From NCBI RefSeq assembly GCF_964355755.1, contig NC_092672.1, positions 23,015,237 through 23,079,236 on the forward strand: a stretch of 64,000 nt of DNA. Direction: 5' to 3'. The notes beneath the pieces were generated by a model. It worked only from the letters and a program-made list of their open reading frames with translations, ran no database searches and was not told the origin of the DNA. This DNA is from Antedon mediterranea. Lineage: Eukaryota; Animalia; Echinodermata. This document shows positions 1 to 14,300 of this stretch, in pieces (position 1 is the first letter of the stretch; the number at the start of each line of letters is the position of its first letter). Position numbers and translations under genes: made by a program.

Positions 1-371
1 ATTTTTGTTTGTCTTTACATAGTAATAATAAATAATACTCATATACATACACATGCATACACACAAATATATCTGAATCTGTACTATAACCAAGGAACTA
101 TAATATAATTGTATTAATTAAAATCAGATAACTACATTTAACAACATAACCATTTTTGTTTCTTTAAAAAAATACATAATATATTTTTAATTATCTGTAT
201 TTTAACCAAGGAACTAATAGTATGCCTATAATAAATAATTAAAAATATCTAACAAGTGCAAATAATAATTTCTGGTTTACATTTTAATTCAATACAACAA
301 TAAAGAGCAAGCGTAATAATAATAATACACAAAAGTAAGTCATTTTCTTGAGAAACAGTATCATTAAGTTA

Positions 372-1400
372 TTAAATATAATCTTCTATTAATCTCCATT
401 TTTGTCTGAAATTATACAATGTACTTCTTTTAGAAGCAATGTTTTTTTCTACGTTATAATTAAATTTTAACCGATTAAAGAAAACCTGGAAGACTGGCTT
501 TTTGTGAGTTAATTTGTAACTAAATTAATTTTCTTAATCAACAAAATACATAGATTTAATAACATATCAGGATTTTCTGTATTGTAACCAAATAATATGG
601 AGGTTTTATCAAGGTTAATCTTTGTTTTTGAAATGTTTTCCCACCAAGTCGTGAATTCATCCCATAGTTTGGTTACAATGTTACATTCAACCAAAAGATG
701 GGTCATAGTTTCAATATTTGATTCACAATAGGAACACATATTACTCGGTACAATATTCATTTTATGTAGTCTACTATTAGTTGACAAGCAATTCACATTA
801 ATTTTATACTGAAATATTCTGGTTCTTACCTCCTGAGAACATTTAAATGGTAATACATAAATATTTTCCCATTTATCGCTATCTACACCTAATTCATCCT
901 GCAATTTACTTTGAGATGTTGGTATTTTAAAGATTTTTTTAATTAAGGTTCTGTATATATTTTTTGTACTCATACTTTCTAATTCTTGTTCTTCATTCTT
1001 TACTTCCACTACAAACCCTCTCTTTTTATAATGTTTTCGTAAAAACCCTAGCTTCATGTTTGCTTTCCACTGTGGGGGTATTGCAGATATCGTCATTCTC
1101 CAGTGCATGAAATTACTTGTCGATAAGCCTCTCTTTATCCACGTATTAAAGGGAATGATATTACCGTTTACTAAACATATCCCAACATCTCTGAGGCTCT
1201 TGTAATAAAATGGCTTGCCATGTATATGCATGTGCCTATTAAACCATATAAATTGGGACCCTTCGTTTACTGTATCAGGATGTATTAATTCGAAATAAGC
1301 GTTTAACATATCCTTATAAAACAATGGAAGGTTTTTCCAACGACGGACACAGTCCGCGCTTACATTACAATAAAAAATGGTGTCGCCTCCTTGCTTATTT
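372..1400 (-). mobile_element. Tx1/L1-clade LINE, ORF2 C-terminal fragment (zf-RVT region), frameshifted
   Basis: ORF 509-1324 contains RIFQYKI...L.TN.RL.KM....S..CSYC....ETMTHLL.EC (CCHC zinc knuckle of L1/Tx1 ORF2). After a frameshift it continues ...YNVEKNIASKRSTLYNFRQKWRLIEDYI* ending near 372. Confidence 0.85.
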
Positions 1401-1453
1401 TAGGTTTAAGCTTAAACTGGGAAAATTTTATACACAAATAGTTATTTGTTATA

Positions 1454-2301
1454 GGGCCTGTTTCTGCTGAGCAGAAATAATCGATTATTAATCGATTATT
1501 TTTGGGCAGCAGAAACGTCGCAAAATTAAATAACCTATTAAAAATAACCGATTAAAAACACTCAATCCATTGCATGTTTTAACCGATTATTTCTTGTTTT
1601 AACCGATTATTGCGGAGCAGTTATGAGCTGCAACACAAAAAGCGATTATTGACCACACTTTGTCCTCTAGAGTATGGCAACCCTCACTCACAGAGCATGC
1701 TGTTTATTTGCGCAATCGACGACGATCAACAAAACAATGATGTGGACCGAACATTTGATTGTTATTATTTTGTGGGAGAGAATTATACCGAGAGGATTCT
1801 GCATTACAAGTACACCGTTACATCCCACCCAGTCCAGGCTAACAGTGTTTTGCATGTCCTTTTTTAGGCCTGTTGTTTTCGGTAGAAATTATATCCCAGC
1901 TACTAGGCTAGGCTAGGCAGAGTAGAACCAACAACGAAACGAACTTTCTCGCCGACGTGTCCTTATTAATACATCATTATTCTGTTGTATGTGGTACGGT
2001 AGTAGGCCTAGATGTTTATTTTACAAATAATATAGCTTTACGTAAGAGTTCAATTTTTACTTTTTAATCCTAAATGTGAGAGTTTTAGGCAACGATACTG
2101 TAGGATGTAAACAAACCAACTCTCATCGGCCTTCCATAACTTGAACTGCGTTGTGGGAATTGATGACATGATTGTTAAAAAGCGATTACCAGATAACCGA
2201 TTAACGGTGGAGAACATTTTCAGTTACAATGCAATCAATTCTGTGGTTTGTGGTACTTAGGAAAAATCAATTATTTTTATTTTTTCAGCAGAAACCGACC
2301 C
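1454..2301. mobile_element. Non-autonomous TIR element, PIF/Harbinger-like
   Basis: Termini GGGCCTGTTTCTGCTGA and TCAGCAGAAACCGACCC, flanked by TA on both sides. Subterminal AACCGATTA/ATCGATTA repeats. TIR is related to the elements at 24349 and 47192. Confidence 0.7.
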
Positions 2302-2603
2302 TAAAAAATTTACAATTTGTTGCTGATGCACTATATTACAAACAAAATTTACCACTCAGTTTCAAATTCAGACCTCTCCTGATAATCACGGGAGTTTCTT
2401 GATATTTCATTTCATCTGCTTTTCCGTAAAAAAAAAAAAGATTTCTGATTTTTTGGATAATTCAAAAAATGTCCTGACAATGTATATTTCTACTACTAGT
2501 ATGAGAATAGATATAGATAAAGATAATAAAGAACAAGAATATTGACTTGTAAGATATTTGAGTAAACTACTTTGCTTAATAGGGGACAATACAGTCATTC
2601 AGC

Positions 2604-2740
2604 GTTCGGGTAACAAACTCGCATGATGAATATACATGTGGTAAATTCTTACCAGAGGGGTACATGTACATCAAATGGAATTTCACAACATTCGTTCGGT
2701 GTTCGGGCAACAAACTCGCATGATGAATATACACGTGGTA
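2604..2740. repeat. Short direct repeat (39 bp, two copies ~97 bp apart)
   Basis: ttcggg(t/c)aacaaactcgcatgatgaatataca(t/c)gtggta occurs twice. Confidence 0.75.
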
Positions 2741-2989
2741 TACTAGAGTGCGTGAAATTGTAATTATTTCTACTTATTTGTCTATATTATACGAAAATAA
2801 CGTTTAAATCCTGTTTAAAAAAAATTGTTTTCATTCAGTTTGCCGACGACATTTTTTTTTTGCTTTGATATGAAATATGAATCAATATTTTTACGATTGA
2901 CGATTTAGTGATGCTTATCAGCATGTTAACGCATGTTTCAATCGTGACTTGATTCTTGTTAACGCAAATTGGCGCGAAGTAGCAAGATT

Positions 2990-2993
<4 letters not shown>

Positions 2994-3029
<36 letters not shown>

Positions 3030-3073
3030 GATTTTTATAGCGCACATACCACTCCAGAGTGCTCAAGGCGCAT
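2994..3073 (-). mobile_element. Severely 5'-truncated L2-type 3' end with (TTA)n tail
   Basis: Reverse strand reads gcgccttgagcac...ggtatgtgcgctataaaaatc(tta)n, matching the 3' end of the L2 at 56941-57012 (gcgccatgagcgcc...ggcgctatataag...(tta)n). Confidence 0.7.
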
Positions 3074-4874
3074 AATAGTAGGTAATGCAACGCAACGATT
3101 TACTGTCACTCTCGCTCACGATCAAACAGGCCTTACTGTAATTTCGGTTAGTTTTACATTTTGCCAGAGACATATATGATTACTGTATGCGTTTGTGTCG
3201 TTTGGAATAATTTGTTGATCATAGCCATGAACTTTTTTTGACCCAAATCAATGCACATGTTTACCAACCGCTGAACGAGCACATGGTTACAACTTCTGTA
3301 GTTTGGCCAAGCTATCCCTTCCTACTGTATATATATTTCCAAGTTGTGAAGTCTGTACATTTTGCACATTGTACACTGAATCATTAATACAATAAAAAAT
3401 AATTACCGTATTTATTTGAATAAATCTCCCTCTCCCCATCCTGAATAAACATTCCACATAGAACATTGTTTGAAAACTACCCCCGTCCCATGCATACACA
3501 CAATATTGTATTGTAACACATTTTTATTTGTAGTAGCATTCATTATCTTCCATGATCTACATTTACCAAATACTATTTGATCTATTTTTTATTGTATTTT
3601 TTCACTATTTTATATTAATTCACTATACAGGTTACCATTATTACACCTTAAAAAATGAATGCCTCTTTCAAATAAACGCCTCTCTCGCAAACACGCCCTT
3701 TTACTAACCATCTCAAACAATAAACATCCTGGGGCTTTTAACAATTGTTTGTTTGCTAAAGCATTGACTCGCCTATTTTTTATGAAATCTGCTGCATGTT
3801 CCTTTTTTACTTTTTTAAACTGTACAATAAAGCTATAGGTGCATATTTTATAGGATACCAAATAAATTGAATAGTGAGAAAAAATAAGACCATTTTTTTC
3901 TTTTTAGAATAAATCAGCATCCTCAATAATTATCACATTCAAAATACTTTTAACTATTAATGATTCCAAATTCTTCAACAGGGCTACTGTTTTGATTTTT
4001 ACAATCTTAAATTGAACGTTTCCAACTGTAAAGTTCTGGCAATTAAAAGAACTTTCAACATTTTTTAAATCAAATGTCCTACAGTAAATGTTGTGAGGAA
4101 AAAACAGTTTCTATTTGTTCAGGTAAAATTTTAAACCCAGTGTGAGTTTGAAAACAAAGGCTTGTTTTGTGTACTTAATATAAACTGATGTAGGAAATAT
4201 ACATATTTTACAGTGGCTCAACCATGGAGTTAAATTTGTTCCATAATTTAAATAGTATTTCTTGAGTTTATTAAATCATCAAGTAATTTGATAAACATTG
4301 AACAATAACAATTTATTAAAAAGTTGTTACAAAATGGATTATATGATGATAGAGTGGAATAATTCTAGATTATTGGGGATAAAATATATTTGATACTATT
4401 AAGCCATTTCCATATACAGATAGCCTTATTCAGTTTAATTAAAACTGTATATTTTTATTTTAATATGCAGTTTTTTTTTTTTCACATTTATGATTTTTGA
4501 ATAAATTTGTAGGTTTACAATCTAATTTTGAAGTGTGTATCTATATCTTTTATGTATTTTTGTGTAATATTTTCAAACTTTAGCTATCCTTCTACTTATG
4601 TATTATTATACCCCAAAAATAAGTAGTTTAATCAAGTGTGTGATACACTACACGAAACAGTAGCTGTTATATTGGTTCGATGGGGTTTGCTATGTTTTTT
4701 GGAGGTTTGTGGGGTTTAGAAATTATTTTAAACCAAAAAATGATGTTTACCCTAAAAGTAAGTAAATTAGCAATGATCATACAGTTATCATTTTAAAATA
4801 GATTTTGATAAATTTGTCTGTTATTAATACAGTAGCATCTACCTTTGTATAACCTCTGTGCTTAACATTTTCAG

Positions 4875-4973
4875 TATGGAATGTCACCTTTGCATCTTGC
4901 TAGTCAAGAGGGATACGAGGAAATCTGCCATTTTCTAATTGAAGCCGGATCCAATATCCATCTTGTTAATCAA
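4875..4973 (+). CDS. Ankyrin-repeat exon (one 33-aa repeat, phase 0-0) of a multi-exon host gene
   Basis: Acceptor ttttcag, then exactly 99 bp translating YGMSPLHLASQEGYEEICHFLIEAGSNIHLVNQ (fits the ankyrin consensus G-TPLHLA---G--E-V--LL--GA-VN), then donor GTAAGTCATA. Confidence 0.92.
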
Positions 4974-6665
4974 GTAAGTCATACAAACCTATTTATTTAG
5001 GTGCATATTGTGATTTTAAAGAATATACCAATTTTGTTAAAGATGTTTAATTTTTTTAATAACAAACAATAATATATTTTAATATTATGGTTTCATTAAA
5101 TTAATGTTTACATTTTTCATAGAATCTACAAACTCAAATTGAAGATCTTTAATATAAATGATTCTGTCTGATGTCTTATTGTTGTACAGTATTATAGAAA
5201 AAATCATTTCCTCTTAGACCTTATCTTTATTCATTAAACTTATATTTTAACGAATTACATTACTGTATATGTCGCTCTTTTTTATTCTTAGACATTTTTT
5301 TGGCGCATGATCTTAATTGTGGCACTTTTTCTATAAACAATTTCATAGAATTACGATAAATAATATTAGTAAGTTAGGGCATGTATGCAACCATAATTCA
5401 ACTATGTTACAAGTGGTTGGTTGCAAATAAGTTGTCCATACACCCACAAAAACGGAGTGGGAATCTAAAAGAAAAGTTTAAAATATTTAGAATTTCAAAG
5501 TAATTTTTATTGATTATACTATCCTTAGTCATGATTTCATTGAGTACCTTGGTTTACAAATTGATAACTGTATTTCAAATGAAGACTACTTTATGTTATT
5601 GTTACATGCAAAAAAGCACTGAATTCAAAACTGACATTTTTGTACAGGCACGCTGCTTCTTAGACATGCAAAGTAGACACTTTTATGCTCTGAAATAATT
5701 CAATGTGTCTTCGACTACTGTATGCTACATCAGTCTGGTATTCTGGTTTAACTTCACTCCTCAAAATAAACTGTAACCCTAAATAAAATTGTACATTTTA
5801 TTCTTATCACCCACTAACAATCAACCACTAATGAAACAATTAACAGTAGAAAATGTTGAGTTATTTTGGAAATATTCTGGATTTTTTTTTCTAATTTGTT
5901 GAACTTCAGTTTTAATGTATGTTTGTCAATTCTCTGTTTTTCTTCTCTGAGACAAATATGGTACTACATTTTTCGCATGTACGCGCTCATGAACTTTTGT
6001 CTGTTCCACTTAATAAAGTTGAATTGTCAAGTTTGTTGAATTTAGCCTGGTTAATGTCTGTCCGTTCATTTGTTAATTTAATATTTGTACAAATTTAGGA
6101 CATACAGTATAGCATCTTTACTTTTTATAGGGTCTATTGAACCTAGTTTGACTCTCTGTCCATCTTTCTGTTCTCAATTTTAACCTTTGGACTTAGGGTA
6201 TTTAATATAAAAATGCCACCTTCGGTTTTTGCGAGTGGGAGATGTGGAAATGACAATTCATAACGAGAGTATCTCCCCAATCCTATATTAGAACAAAGTA
6301 AATTCACTTTATCTAATTATAATTTGAGTAGAATATAAAAAATGATAATGAAATATAATGAAACACCTAACTTTTTCTTCAAATATGTTAGATACAGAGA
6401 TGCTGTACTGACAGCTGTAAGTTGCTAACTTTTTTTGTGCAATTGTTGTGTATTAAAATTGATTAGGGAAAAAAGAAATCACAAAACCTTTTAATCTTTT
6501 GTAGTTTATTGTAAAGAACATTGTTTTTATTTCATTTTCAAAAATAGTAGTATACACTTATAGTCCGGTGGCAGGAGGGGGGAATCACCACCCGAAAGGG
6601 GACAAATTGCTATCCAACTTTTCTAGACTAGATTTTTCCGTAGATTACGAATATGGAAGGTAATC

Positions 6666-7580
6666 GATCAGGAGAGGAAGCGTTTTCGAGATATAAGGGG
6701 TCAAAGTTCAAAATTGACCAATTACAACAATGTATTATGTATATGTATTATAACAAATTTATTGAAGCACAATTTGGTCTTTTATTACATTTTTATGATT
6801 ATAAGTGTCTATTCAATCACCTTATGAAAAAAAATCCTTTGTGATTAAGGGTCAAATGTCAATATTGACCAATCATAGAACATACCTATAAAACCAAATA
6901 AAAACTAATATTTAATCAAAATTGGATGTTTTCTCATCCTGTTAATCAATCATACGCAATGTAAAAGAGCGAATACATCATTTCATCAGTTGACATAAGG
7001 TCAATTTCATCAGTTGACATAAGGTCAAATGTCAACATTTTAATACGCGTATTAGTTAACAAATAAATGCAAAGTTGTCCAAACTATGATATTGATGGTT
7101 TTACAAGTAATCAAATTATTTGATTAGTAAAGTTATGTTATTTCATTATAATACTGTATTTAATCAAATCAGACTTCGATCAGGATAGGAAGGGAATAGG
7201 AAGAGATAAGGGGTCAAAGTTCAAAATTGACCAATTATAACAATGTATTATATACTATTATAACCAATTTATTAAAGTTCAATTTGGTCTTTTAATACAT
7301 TTGTATGGTTATAGGTATTGTATGGTGTTATTCAGTCGCCTTATAAAACAAATACTTTGCAATTAGGCTAAAGGTCAAATGTCAATATTGACCAATCACA
7401 CAATTTGCATTTAAAACCAAATAAAAACTAACATTTAAGACAAAATGTTATGTTTTATCATTCTGTTAAGACATCTATCAATCATACACAATCAAAAGAG
7501 CACATTTATCATTATACAAGTTGACATGGGTCAAAGGTCAACATGTGAATAAATGATATACTAAATAATGCAAAGTTATC
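6666..7580. repeat. Internal tandem duplication (~510 bp period) of the left subterminal region
   Basis: tcgatcagga...taaggggtcaaagttcaaaattgaccaatt...gttgacat blocks recur at ~6666-7080 and ~7177-7580. Confidence 0.75.
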
Positions 7581-8086
7581 AGTGAAGTTATGGTATTTTT
7601 ATATTTTTTCTAGTGCACATTATTTTAAATGTTTTAATATAGGCCTAATACTGTAAAATAAATAATAAAATTAATATTATGACGATTAAAATGTTATGAT
7701 GTTAAAATGTTGCGCTGACCTTCAATGATTTGCCACTATACAGTTGCATTTATTAGGGCTACAATATTCGTTTTTGGAAAATAAACTACTATTCATCAGC
7801 AACCAGATAATACCAATTCGTACAGGATAGGGCATAAGCAGATCCAGGTGGCCAAACTCAATCCACAACTCACTACACAGACAGACCACAATTTTTATAT
7901 AGTTTGGCCCATACAGGAAAGAGTTTCCTGTATACAAAGGATTCTAAAATAACCTATATGGATTTGCCCGAATGAACCCTCTAAGGATCCTTTTGGGATC
8001 TCTATGTGGTGTGCTACATAAGGCCCTGTATTAGAAATTAGTATGGGGTAAATAGTTCATGGATGAACTATGAAATAAAACTAAAT

Positions 8087-8885
8087 GTGCACCCTCAATC
8101 TTTAAATAACATTTATGGATTTGCCCAAATGAACCCAGGGGCCGGTCGTTCTCCATGGATGGATATTAAGCCCCATAATGGAAATATAAGGGGTGACACT
8201 GTGAGTTCATATAGACAGGCGCGGCCCATGAATTAAGCTGCCTGTGCACTCTCGATCCTTAAGAAAAATTTATAGATTTGCCCAAATTAACCCAAGGGCC
8301 GGTCCTCCATGGACATTAAGCCCCATAATGGAAATATAATGGGTGGGTTTATATAGACAGGCAGAACCATGGAATAAAGCTGCCTGTGCACTCTCGATCC
8401 TTAAGGAACACTTATGGATTTGCCCAAATTAACCCAAGGGCCTGTCCTCCATGGATGGACATTAAGCCCCATAATGGAAATATAATGGGTGACACTGTGG
8501 GTTTATATAGACAGGCACATGGAATAAAGCTGCCTGTGCACTCTCGATCCTTAAGGAACATTATGGATTTACCCAAATTAACACCCAAAGGCCGGTCCTC
8601 CATGGATGGACATTAAGCCCCATAATGGACATATAAGGGGTGACACTGTGGGTTCATAATAGACAGGCGGGGCCCATGGAATAAAGCTGCCTTGCACTCT
8701 CGATCCTTAAGGAACACTTATGGATTTGCCCAAATTAACCCAAGGGCCGGTCATCCATGGACATTAAGCCTCATAATGGAAATATAAGGGGTGACAATGT
8801 GGGTTTATATAGACAGGCACATGGAATAAAGCTGCCTGTGCACTCTCGATCCTTAATGAACCGATTTGGATTTTGCCTAAAATGA
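8087..8885. repeat. Tandem satellite-like array, ~5 units of ~142-157 bp
   Basis: Unit gtgcactctcgatccttaagga...ggatttgcccaaattaacccaagggccggtcctccatgga...ccccataatggaaatata...agacaggc...ggaataaagctgcct starts at about 8087, 8244, 8386, 8536, 8693 and 8838. Degenerate copies lie near 7950 and 9056. Confidence 0.9.
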
Positions 8886-10835
8886 ACAGCAGGTCATCTA
8901 TTTAGACCCTTCTGTGGTTCTCTACTGTATGTTCAGTTCTACATTTGTCTCTTGTATCGGATCAATGCATTTGGCTACATAAGTTACTGTGTTAGAAATA
9001 TATCGGGTAACTAAAACTGTAGGTTCCAATATTAAGCCATGGGAAAAGCCTGTCTGTGCACCCTCAATCCTTTTAAAAGGAACCCATATGGATTTTCCAA
9101 AATGAACCAAGGGTAACTTCTGAATTCTCTATGAGCCGTACATTCCGTTTATTGATTGCTCAAAAGAAAGACATTGTACTGTATAGTAATAGTATTATTC
9201 CCCTTCCACGCCTCTTTGAATTAAATCCGCCCTGATAGGCTCTTATGTACAGGATTTCAAGGCAATAATCACACTTGTATTTTTCAAACAGTATAATCTA
9301 TTAGATTGAATAAAAATATCTATTATAAACAATTTGCCGTTAGAAATCTCTATGCCATGTCGTTATTTAGATGAGAAAAACAGGTCAAAGGTTTTTTGAA
9401 AAAAATGTTGCATTATGGCAAATATAAACATATATATTGTGAACAATGTGACACCAAAATTTGCTCCTTACGACAAATATTTATTAATTTATGTTTTTAT
9501 AACCTTATTCAATTATGTCAAAGGTTAATAACCACACTTCCGGTCATTTTCAAGCAATATCATCTGTTATACTGAATATAAATGTATATCTTGGGAACAA
9601 TTTGCTCCTATATTTAATTCTCTCCGACCTGCCGTTACTTAAATATAGCAAAAAGAGGTCAAAGGTCAAAATTGCTAACAATGGGGTTTCCGGTCAATTT
9701 TTCAAAGAAAGTTCTGTTAGAACTAATATAAACATATACATTGTGAACAATTTGACACCAAAATTATCTCACTACGTCCAGAATTTCCAGAGATATAGCA
9801 TGTTTTTATATTGGTCAATTTTGAACTTTGACCCCTTATATCTCGAAAACGCTTCCTATCCTGATCGATTACCTTCCATATTTGTAATCTACGGAAAATT
9901 CTGGTCTAGAAAAGTTGGATGGCAATTTGTCCCCTTTCGGGTGGTGATATCCCCCCTCCTGCCACCGGACTATTACATATAAATAGAATTCAGTACCGTA
10001 ATACTTAAAAACATAGGCCTACAATGTTTCAAGCAGTTAAGGTAAGGGGAATCATTGGACAGTATTAAACAGTTAACATTAAAAAAAAAAAATTAAATTT
10101 ATTGTATTTCGGTTCTCAAACAACAAGTGTTGTTCAGTGACTTTATAGAGATCATTACTGCTATCTGCCAAGATATGTTTTTCTTGGTTCTGTGAGATTT
10201 TGTTTAGTGCATGCTGTTGTATCTCTACACATTTCCAAACTCCTTTATTGCTTTATTAATCCTTCTAGCTTCATTTTCATTTTGTTTGTCATTTCTGTCA
10301 TGGTCTGTTTAATGAATAGGAAAAAATATACCATTTAGTGACATGATTTATATATTTATACTTTTATTGTACATGAATGTTATTAAAGTGAAATGAGGTT
10401 GGGTATTTTTTTAAACATATGTACAAAATTGAACTATGGTGAAATGCATGCTGTACATGAATGTTATTATAAAAAAATGTTACACCTTTGTACCAGTAAC
10501 TTCCATAATGAATGAAGGAATGTTGAATACTTTGATTTGGATGAGGGTGGGGCTACTGATATTTTTTACCTACCGTTAATAGGTTACTTAATATTATTTT
10601 ATTTTTATTTTAATTTATATATCAACTGACAGATATGAAAACCTCCACTAAAAAGTTGATAGACATGAAACAGTAACATCTTTATCTCATTGTAACATTA
10701 AACAACGGAAACAGGTTAATAATACTGCAGTGTAATTCTTTAATATAATAAACAGTATGAATATTATTATTATAAAGTGTTGTACCTTAAACAAGCATTG
10801 CGGATTGTTTTTATATTAGAAATATGCACAAAATT

Positions 10836-11544
10836 AAACTAGAAAGACACTCCGAGAGTGCATACCTCCGCCTACTGTAAAATTCTCCTACATTTAAAGA
10901 TTTCTCCAGTAAAAAAGAAATATATATATATATATTTGTGTGCGTCTTAATGCTGTTTCTGATTTAGGCTAATTTAAATGGATGTGTAGAAAGTGACGAC
11001 CTCGAATTGGACGACCCATAACACGAAACCGACGACCCCTATAGCCTAGCCTAGGCCTAAGTGTGGTATAATATCGCGAAGCCGAATATAGCCAAAGATA
11101 TTTAAACCATACCTTATATAATACTCGCAAGCAAGCAATTGATTGAAAAAATACAGAAATATCGCCATTTGATACTGAATGTGTCGACACAAACAAACGA
11201 ACAGATATGGAACGCCAAGAGTACATCAATAAAACTGCATTCGACTCGATTAGCACACGAAATATCATAAACATGGCAAACCAGGTCAAAACGGCCCCTT
11301 TTTCAGCGGCGGGTAAGGTTTGACAGTATACAATGCATGTGTGAAATGTAAAGCTTTCTTATGGCCCTCCCCATGCACATGTTCGCAACACGCTGCTTGG
11401 TAGACCTACTGTATAGTGTTCGTTATAAGAAGACGAGATGTAATTATATGTGTAATGTATAATATTTATTTCTTTTTAATTTATTTTTAATATGTCAGAC
11501 AAACACACACGATCGATTACATATACCTCCTTGGCGGAGGTAAA
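10836..11544. mobile_element. Helentron-associated / DINE-1 / pearl-type non-autonomous element
   Basis: Starts AAACTAG. Subterminal TACCTCCGCC (10863) is inverted at the far end within the hairpin TACCTCC-ttggc-GGAGGTA, which is preceded by a cagacaaacacac microsatellite-like tract. Both boundaries are in A runs. Confidence 0.7.
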
Positions 11545-12992
11545 TTATGACAAAGTGCCTGTGTAACTGGGTAACAACAGTTTCTACTAGGCCTACAGTA
11601 CAATTCCTTAATCTAATAAAACAGTGCATGAATCTTATAATGAATTGATGCACATTCATTACACAGGAGGTGGAGGATGGGTAGGGTTAATTGAAATAAG
11701 CACAATGGTGGTACTTACCTGACTGAATGTTGAATACTGATTGTTGAATGTGTCTCTCCTGGCGGAGGGAAACAACAATTTACAAAAGAATGCCATAACA
11801 TGTGGAGTAGCGTTTGATTGTTGTTCACCAAGTTGTGTGTGTATTATTATAAAATTTATTTTATCAAAATATTAAAACCACTTTAAAAATGAAATAAAAA
11901 ATGTTTACATAGAACTACATGTAATACACAAAACAGTGATATTTATTAGGGCGTCATCCTTTCACCCACTAACAAGTTTTACAATAACAAACCTTTTTTC
12001 TCATACTCTCTCTCTCTCTCTGGAAATGCGACTTATCTCCAACTTTCCATACTGAAAGTCTTACGATTACAAAATCGATGGCCGGATGGGCACCGACTGA
12101 TAATTTAAAAAAAAATTTGTTTTAAGAATAAAATTTACATTTCCATCTGATAATTAAGACACTTTCTAAAAGTTAAAAACATTGAAGTATAGATAATTAA
12201 CATTAATTAAACAAAGATTTTGGTTAAGTTCAATTTAGTAGTCAAACCATTATTTATCCAACGAGAGTTGGCGGACAAACAAACATAACTCGAATCCTAG
12301 ATTTCCAACTTTCAAAACATAACAAATATTCTAGTGGTTAAACTGTTGTTATGTTAGTGGTAATGTATTACATTATGGTTAATTTTTAATTAATTAATTT
12401 TTGTTATAAATGTGTCATTTTAACGGAACAAATACCCAGAGATACATTATAGCATTTATGTTTAAGAGTTCAGTTAATAGTCCTATTTTGATATTTGTGC
12501 CTTTTTTGTCATTAATTCTAAAAGCAAGTAATATAATTTAAAATACAAATTGCAGAGTTGTAAAATAAATGTTTCAAACATGCAGTTGCAAATAAAAAAA
12601 AAGGCAAATTACTAAAAGTAATGAGAATGCTGGATCTAAATGGAAATAAAAAAACAAAAAGCTAAATCAAAACGATAAAGTAAAAGTTAAAACAGCCAGA
12701 AACTTTAATATAGATATCTTCTTTATTGTTTGTGTATAAATGGACATTTATTTATGTTTTGTATATGTCAGTCACATATTTTCCATCCTCATGTTTGGTG
12801 TACAGTAGGACATTAAAACTGCATTTATTGTCATGTTTTCTGAGCTTTCAAAGTCTGTTCTTTAATATCAGTTGAAACTGGAGAACAACAACCTGGTTGA
12901 ATATTCTAGCACTCTAATATTATTATTATATTGTTCTATGTTTAATAATGTCTTGATTTGTGGTGAAAGGAATGTTTGATAGTTGGTCTTAA

Positions 12993-13610
12993 CAGTGGCA
13001 GATCCAGAGGGAGAAAGTAAAGTACTTTCAATTCATTAATTAAAACACACTGTTTCAGCGCCGTGCTAATTTAGTCTTTATTAGAGGTTGCCATTGCTGT
13101 TGCTGTCGTCACACGTTCTTCTGCTGCCTAGCTAGATAATTCGGAAGAATATTATCAGCCTAGACATAGAGCGCACATAACAAATATTTGAATACTCATT
13201 TACCCAAGCGATTCCTATACTGTAATTTGAAAACAGTCCTGATAGTCTCTCCAAAACATTGGAGAGTTTGTGTGTTTGAAAACTACTGAAAAGATATTCA
13301 ATTGCATTTTTTGATGACTATAAACCCTGCAACCAGTGCATCAGCAGAGCGAGAAAATTTAGCTCTGGAGACTGTAAAAAATTATCTTTGAGGTACCATA
13401 ATGGAAGATCGACTAAATGCATTGTTATTGATGTTTGTTCATCAGGACATTAAACTTAATTACGATGTCATTATTCTTAAGTATGTGAATATGTATCCCC
13501 ACTGGATGAAGTATGTAGGCCTATTTTTATTTTTTAAATTTACAGCATTGTTATTACATGTTATAGTTAAGATAATAAAATTTATAAGCAGTATAGAGAT
13601 TCAGCCACTG
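12993..13610 (+). mobile_element. Decayed hAT transposon remnant with C-terminal dimerization domain
   Basis: 13310-13510 translates PATSASAERENLALETVKNYL*GTIMEDRLNALLLMFVHQDIKLNYDVII (hATC motif P.TS...ERSFS.L..VK.YLRSTM..DRL..L). Ends CAGTGGCAGATC and GATTCAGCCACTG resemble hAT TIRs; no TSD recovered. Confidence 0.75.
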
Positions 13611-14169
13611 ATTACCACAGCATTGTCTTTTTTGATTGAAGTCGCGTCATTTTTTAAAAAGTAGTTAATAGGCAGCTTTCGAAACCAACAACGCGGTGAT
13701 TATCGAGATGCAAAAGACTGTGAAATCCTACTGCGTATGCGAGAGCAAAGCCAGTTTGTTCGGCCTGCTCATCACGAGACAGGATTTGGCTGATTTGGCG
13801 TATGCCTGGAAGACACGACTTGTACTACTGATTGTATTTTATTTAGAAAAATATTTAAGAACTGTTGTGTTATGACAATGTGTTATTAAATTAGACACTA
13901 GTAGGGAAATGCGATCATGAATCATGGTGATGGCAGGTGCTTTGGTATTAGTGATCATGTGACAATGACCTGATCGCGTTCTCATAAAATTGAAACAGTT
14001 TATAATTCGTGACGCGAAAAGCATGCAACGGTATCCATGGTTGACTGACTTCCGCGTCTTGCGTCGCCACTTCGAAAGCCCACTATTGCCATACCGGAAG
14101 TACCTTTATCAGGGAATTCCCCAGATGGTCACATTTAACGTGTGTTTACCAGCGGAAAAAGTAGACTAT

Positions 14170-14300
14170 GGGCGCGTTTATACAACACGCTATTACACGC
14201 ATATTCAACACGCCTACGAGAAGTGTGTTGTATAAGGGCGCGTTTATACAACACGCTATTACAGGCATATTCTACACGCCTACGAGAAGTGTGTTGTATA
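14170..14300. repeat. Tandem duplication of a ~66-bp unit
   Basis: gggcgcgtttatacaacacgctattaca(c/g)gcatattc(a/t)acacgcctacgagaagtgtgttgtataa occurs twice. An inverted similar motif near 15495-15515 suggests the end of an old TIR element. Confidence 0.8.

Larger units (their letters stand above)
6561..9972. mobile_element. Non-autonomous DNA transposon with long TIRs, Academ-like
   Basis: About 160-bp TIRs (TAGTCCGGTGGCAGGAGGGGGG... / ...CCCCCTCCTGCCACCGGACTA) with TTA on both flanks (3-bp TSD) and many GGTCAAA subterminal motifs. TAG termini with a 3-bp TSD suggest Academ; no transposase ORF. Confidence 0.75.

Noticed and set aside
1674-1916. MWTEHLIVIILWER as a MADF/Myb remnant in the 1454-2301 element
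   Set aside because: The similarity is too short and degenerate to call without an HMM search.
8087-8885. Regularly spaced repeats considered as a CRISPR array
   Set aside because: Whole ~150-bp units repeat with no unique spacers, there are no cas genes, and the context is eukaryotic.
11712-11770. Possible small minus-strand exon (ccag...cag|gtaagt), with similar donors near 16130, 23865 and 24215
   Set aside because: I could not link them into a coherent reading frame or recognisable protein; such sites occur by chance or in transposon relics.
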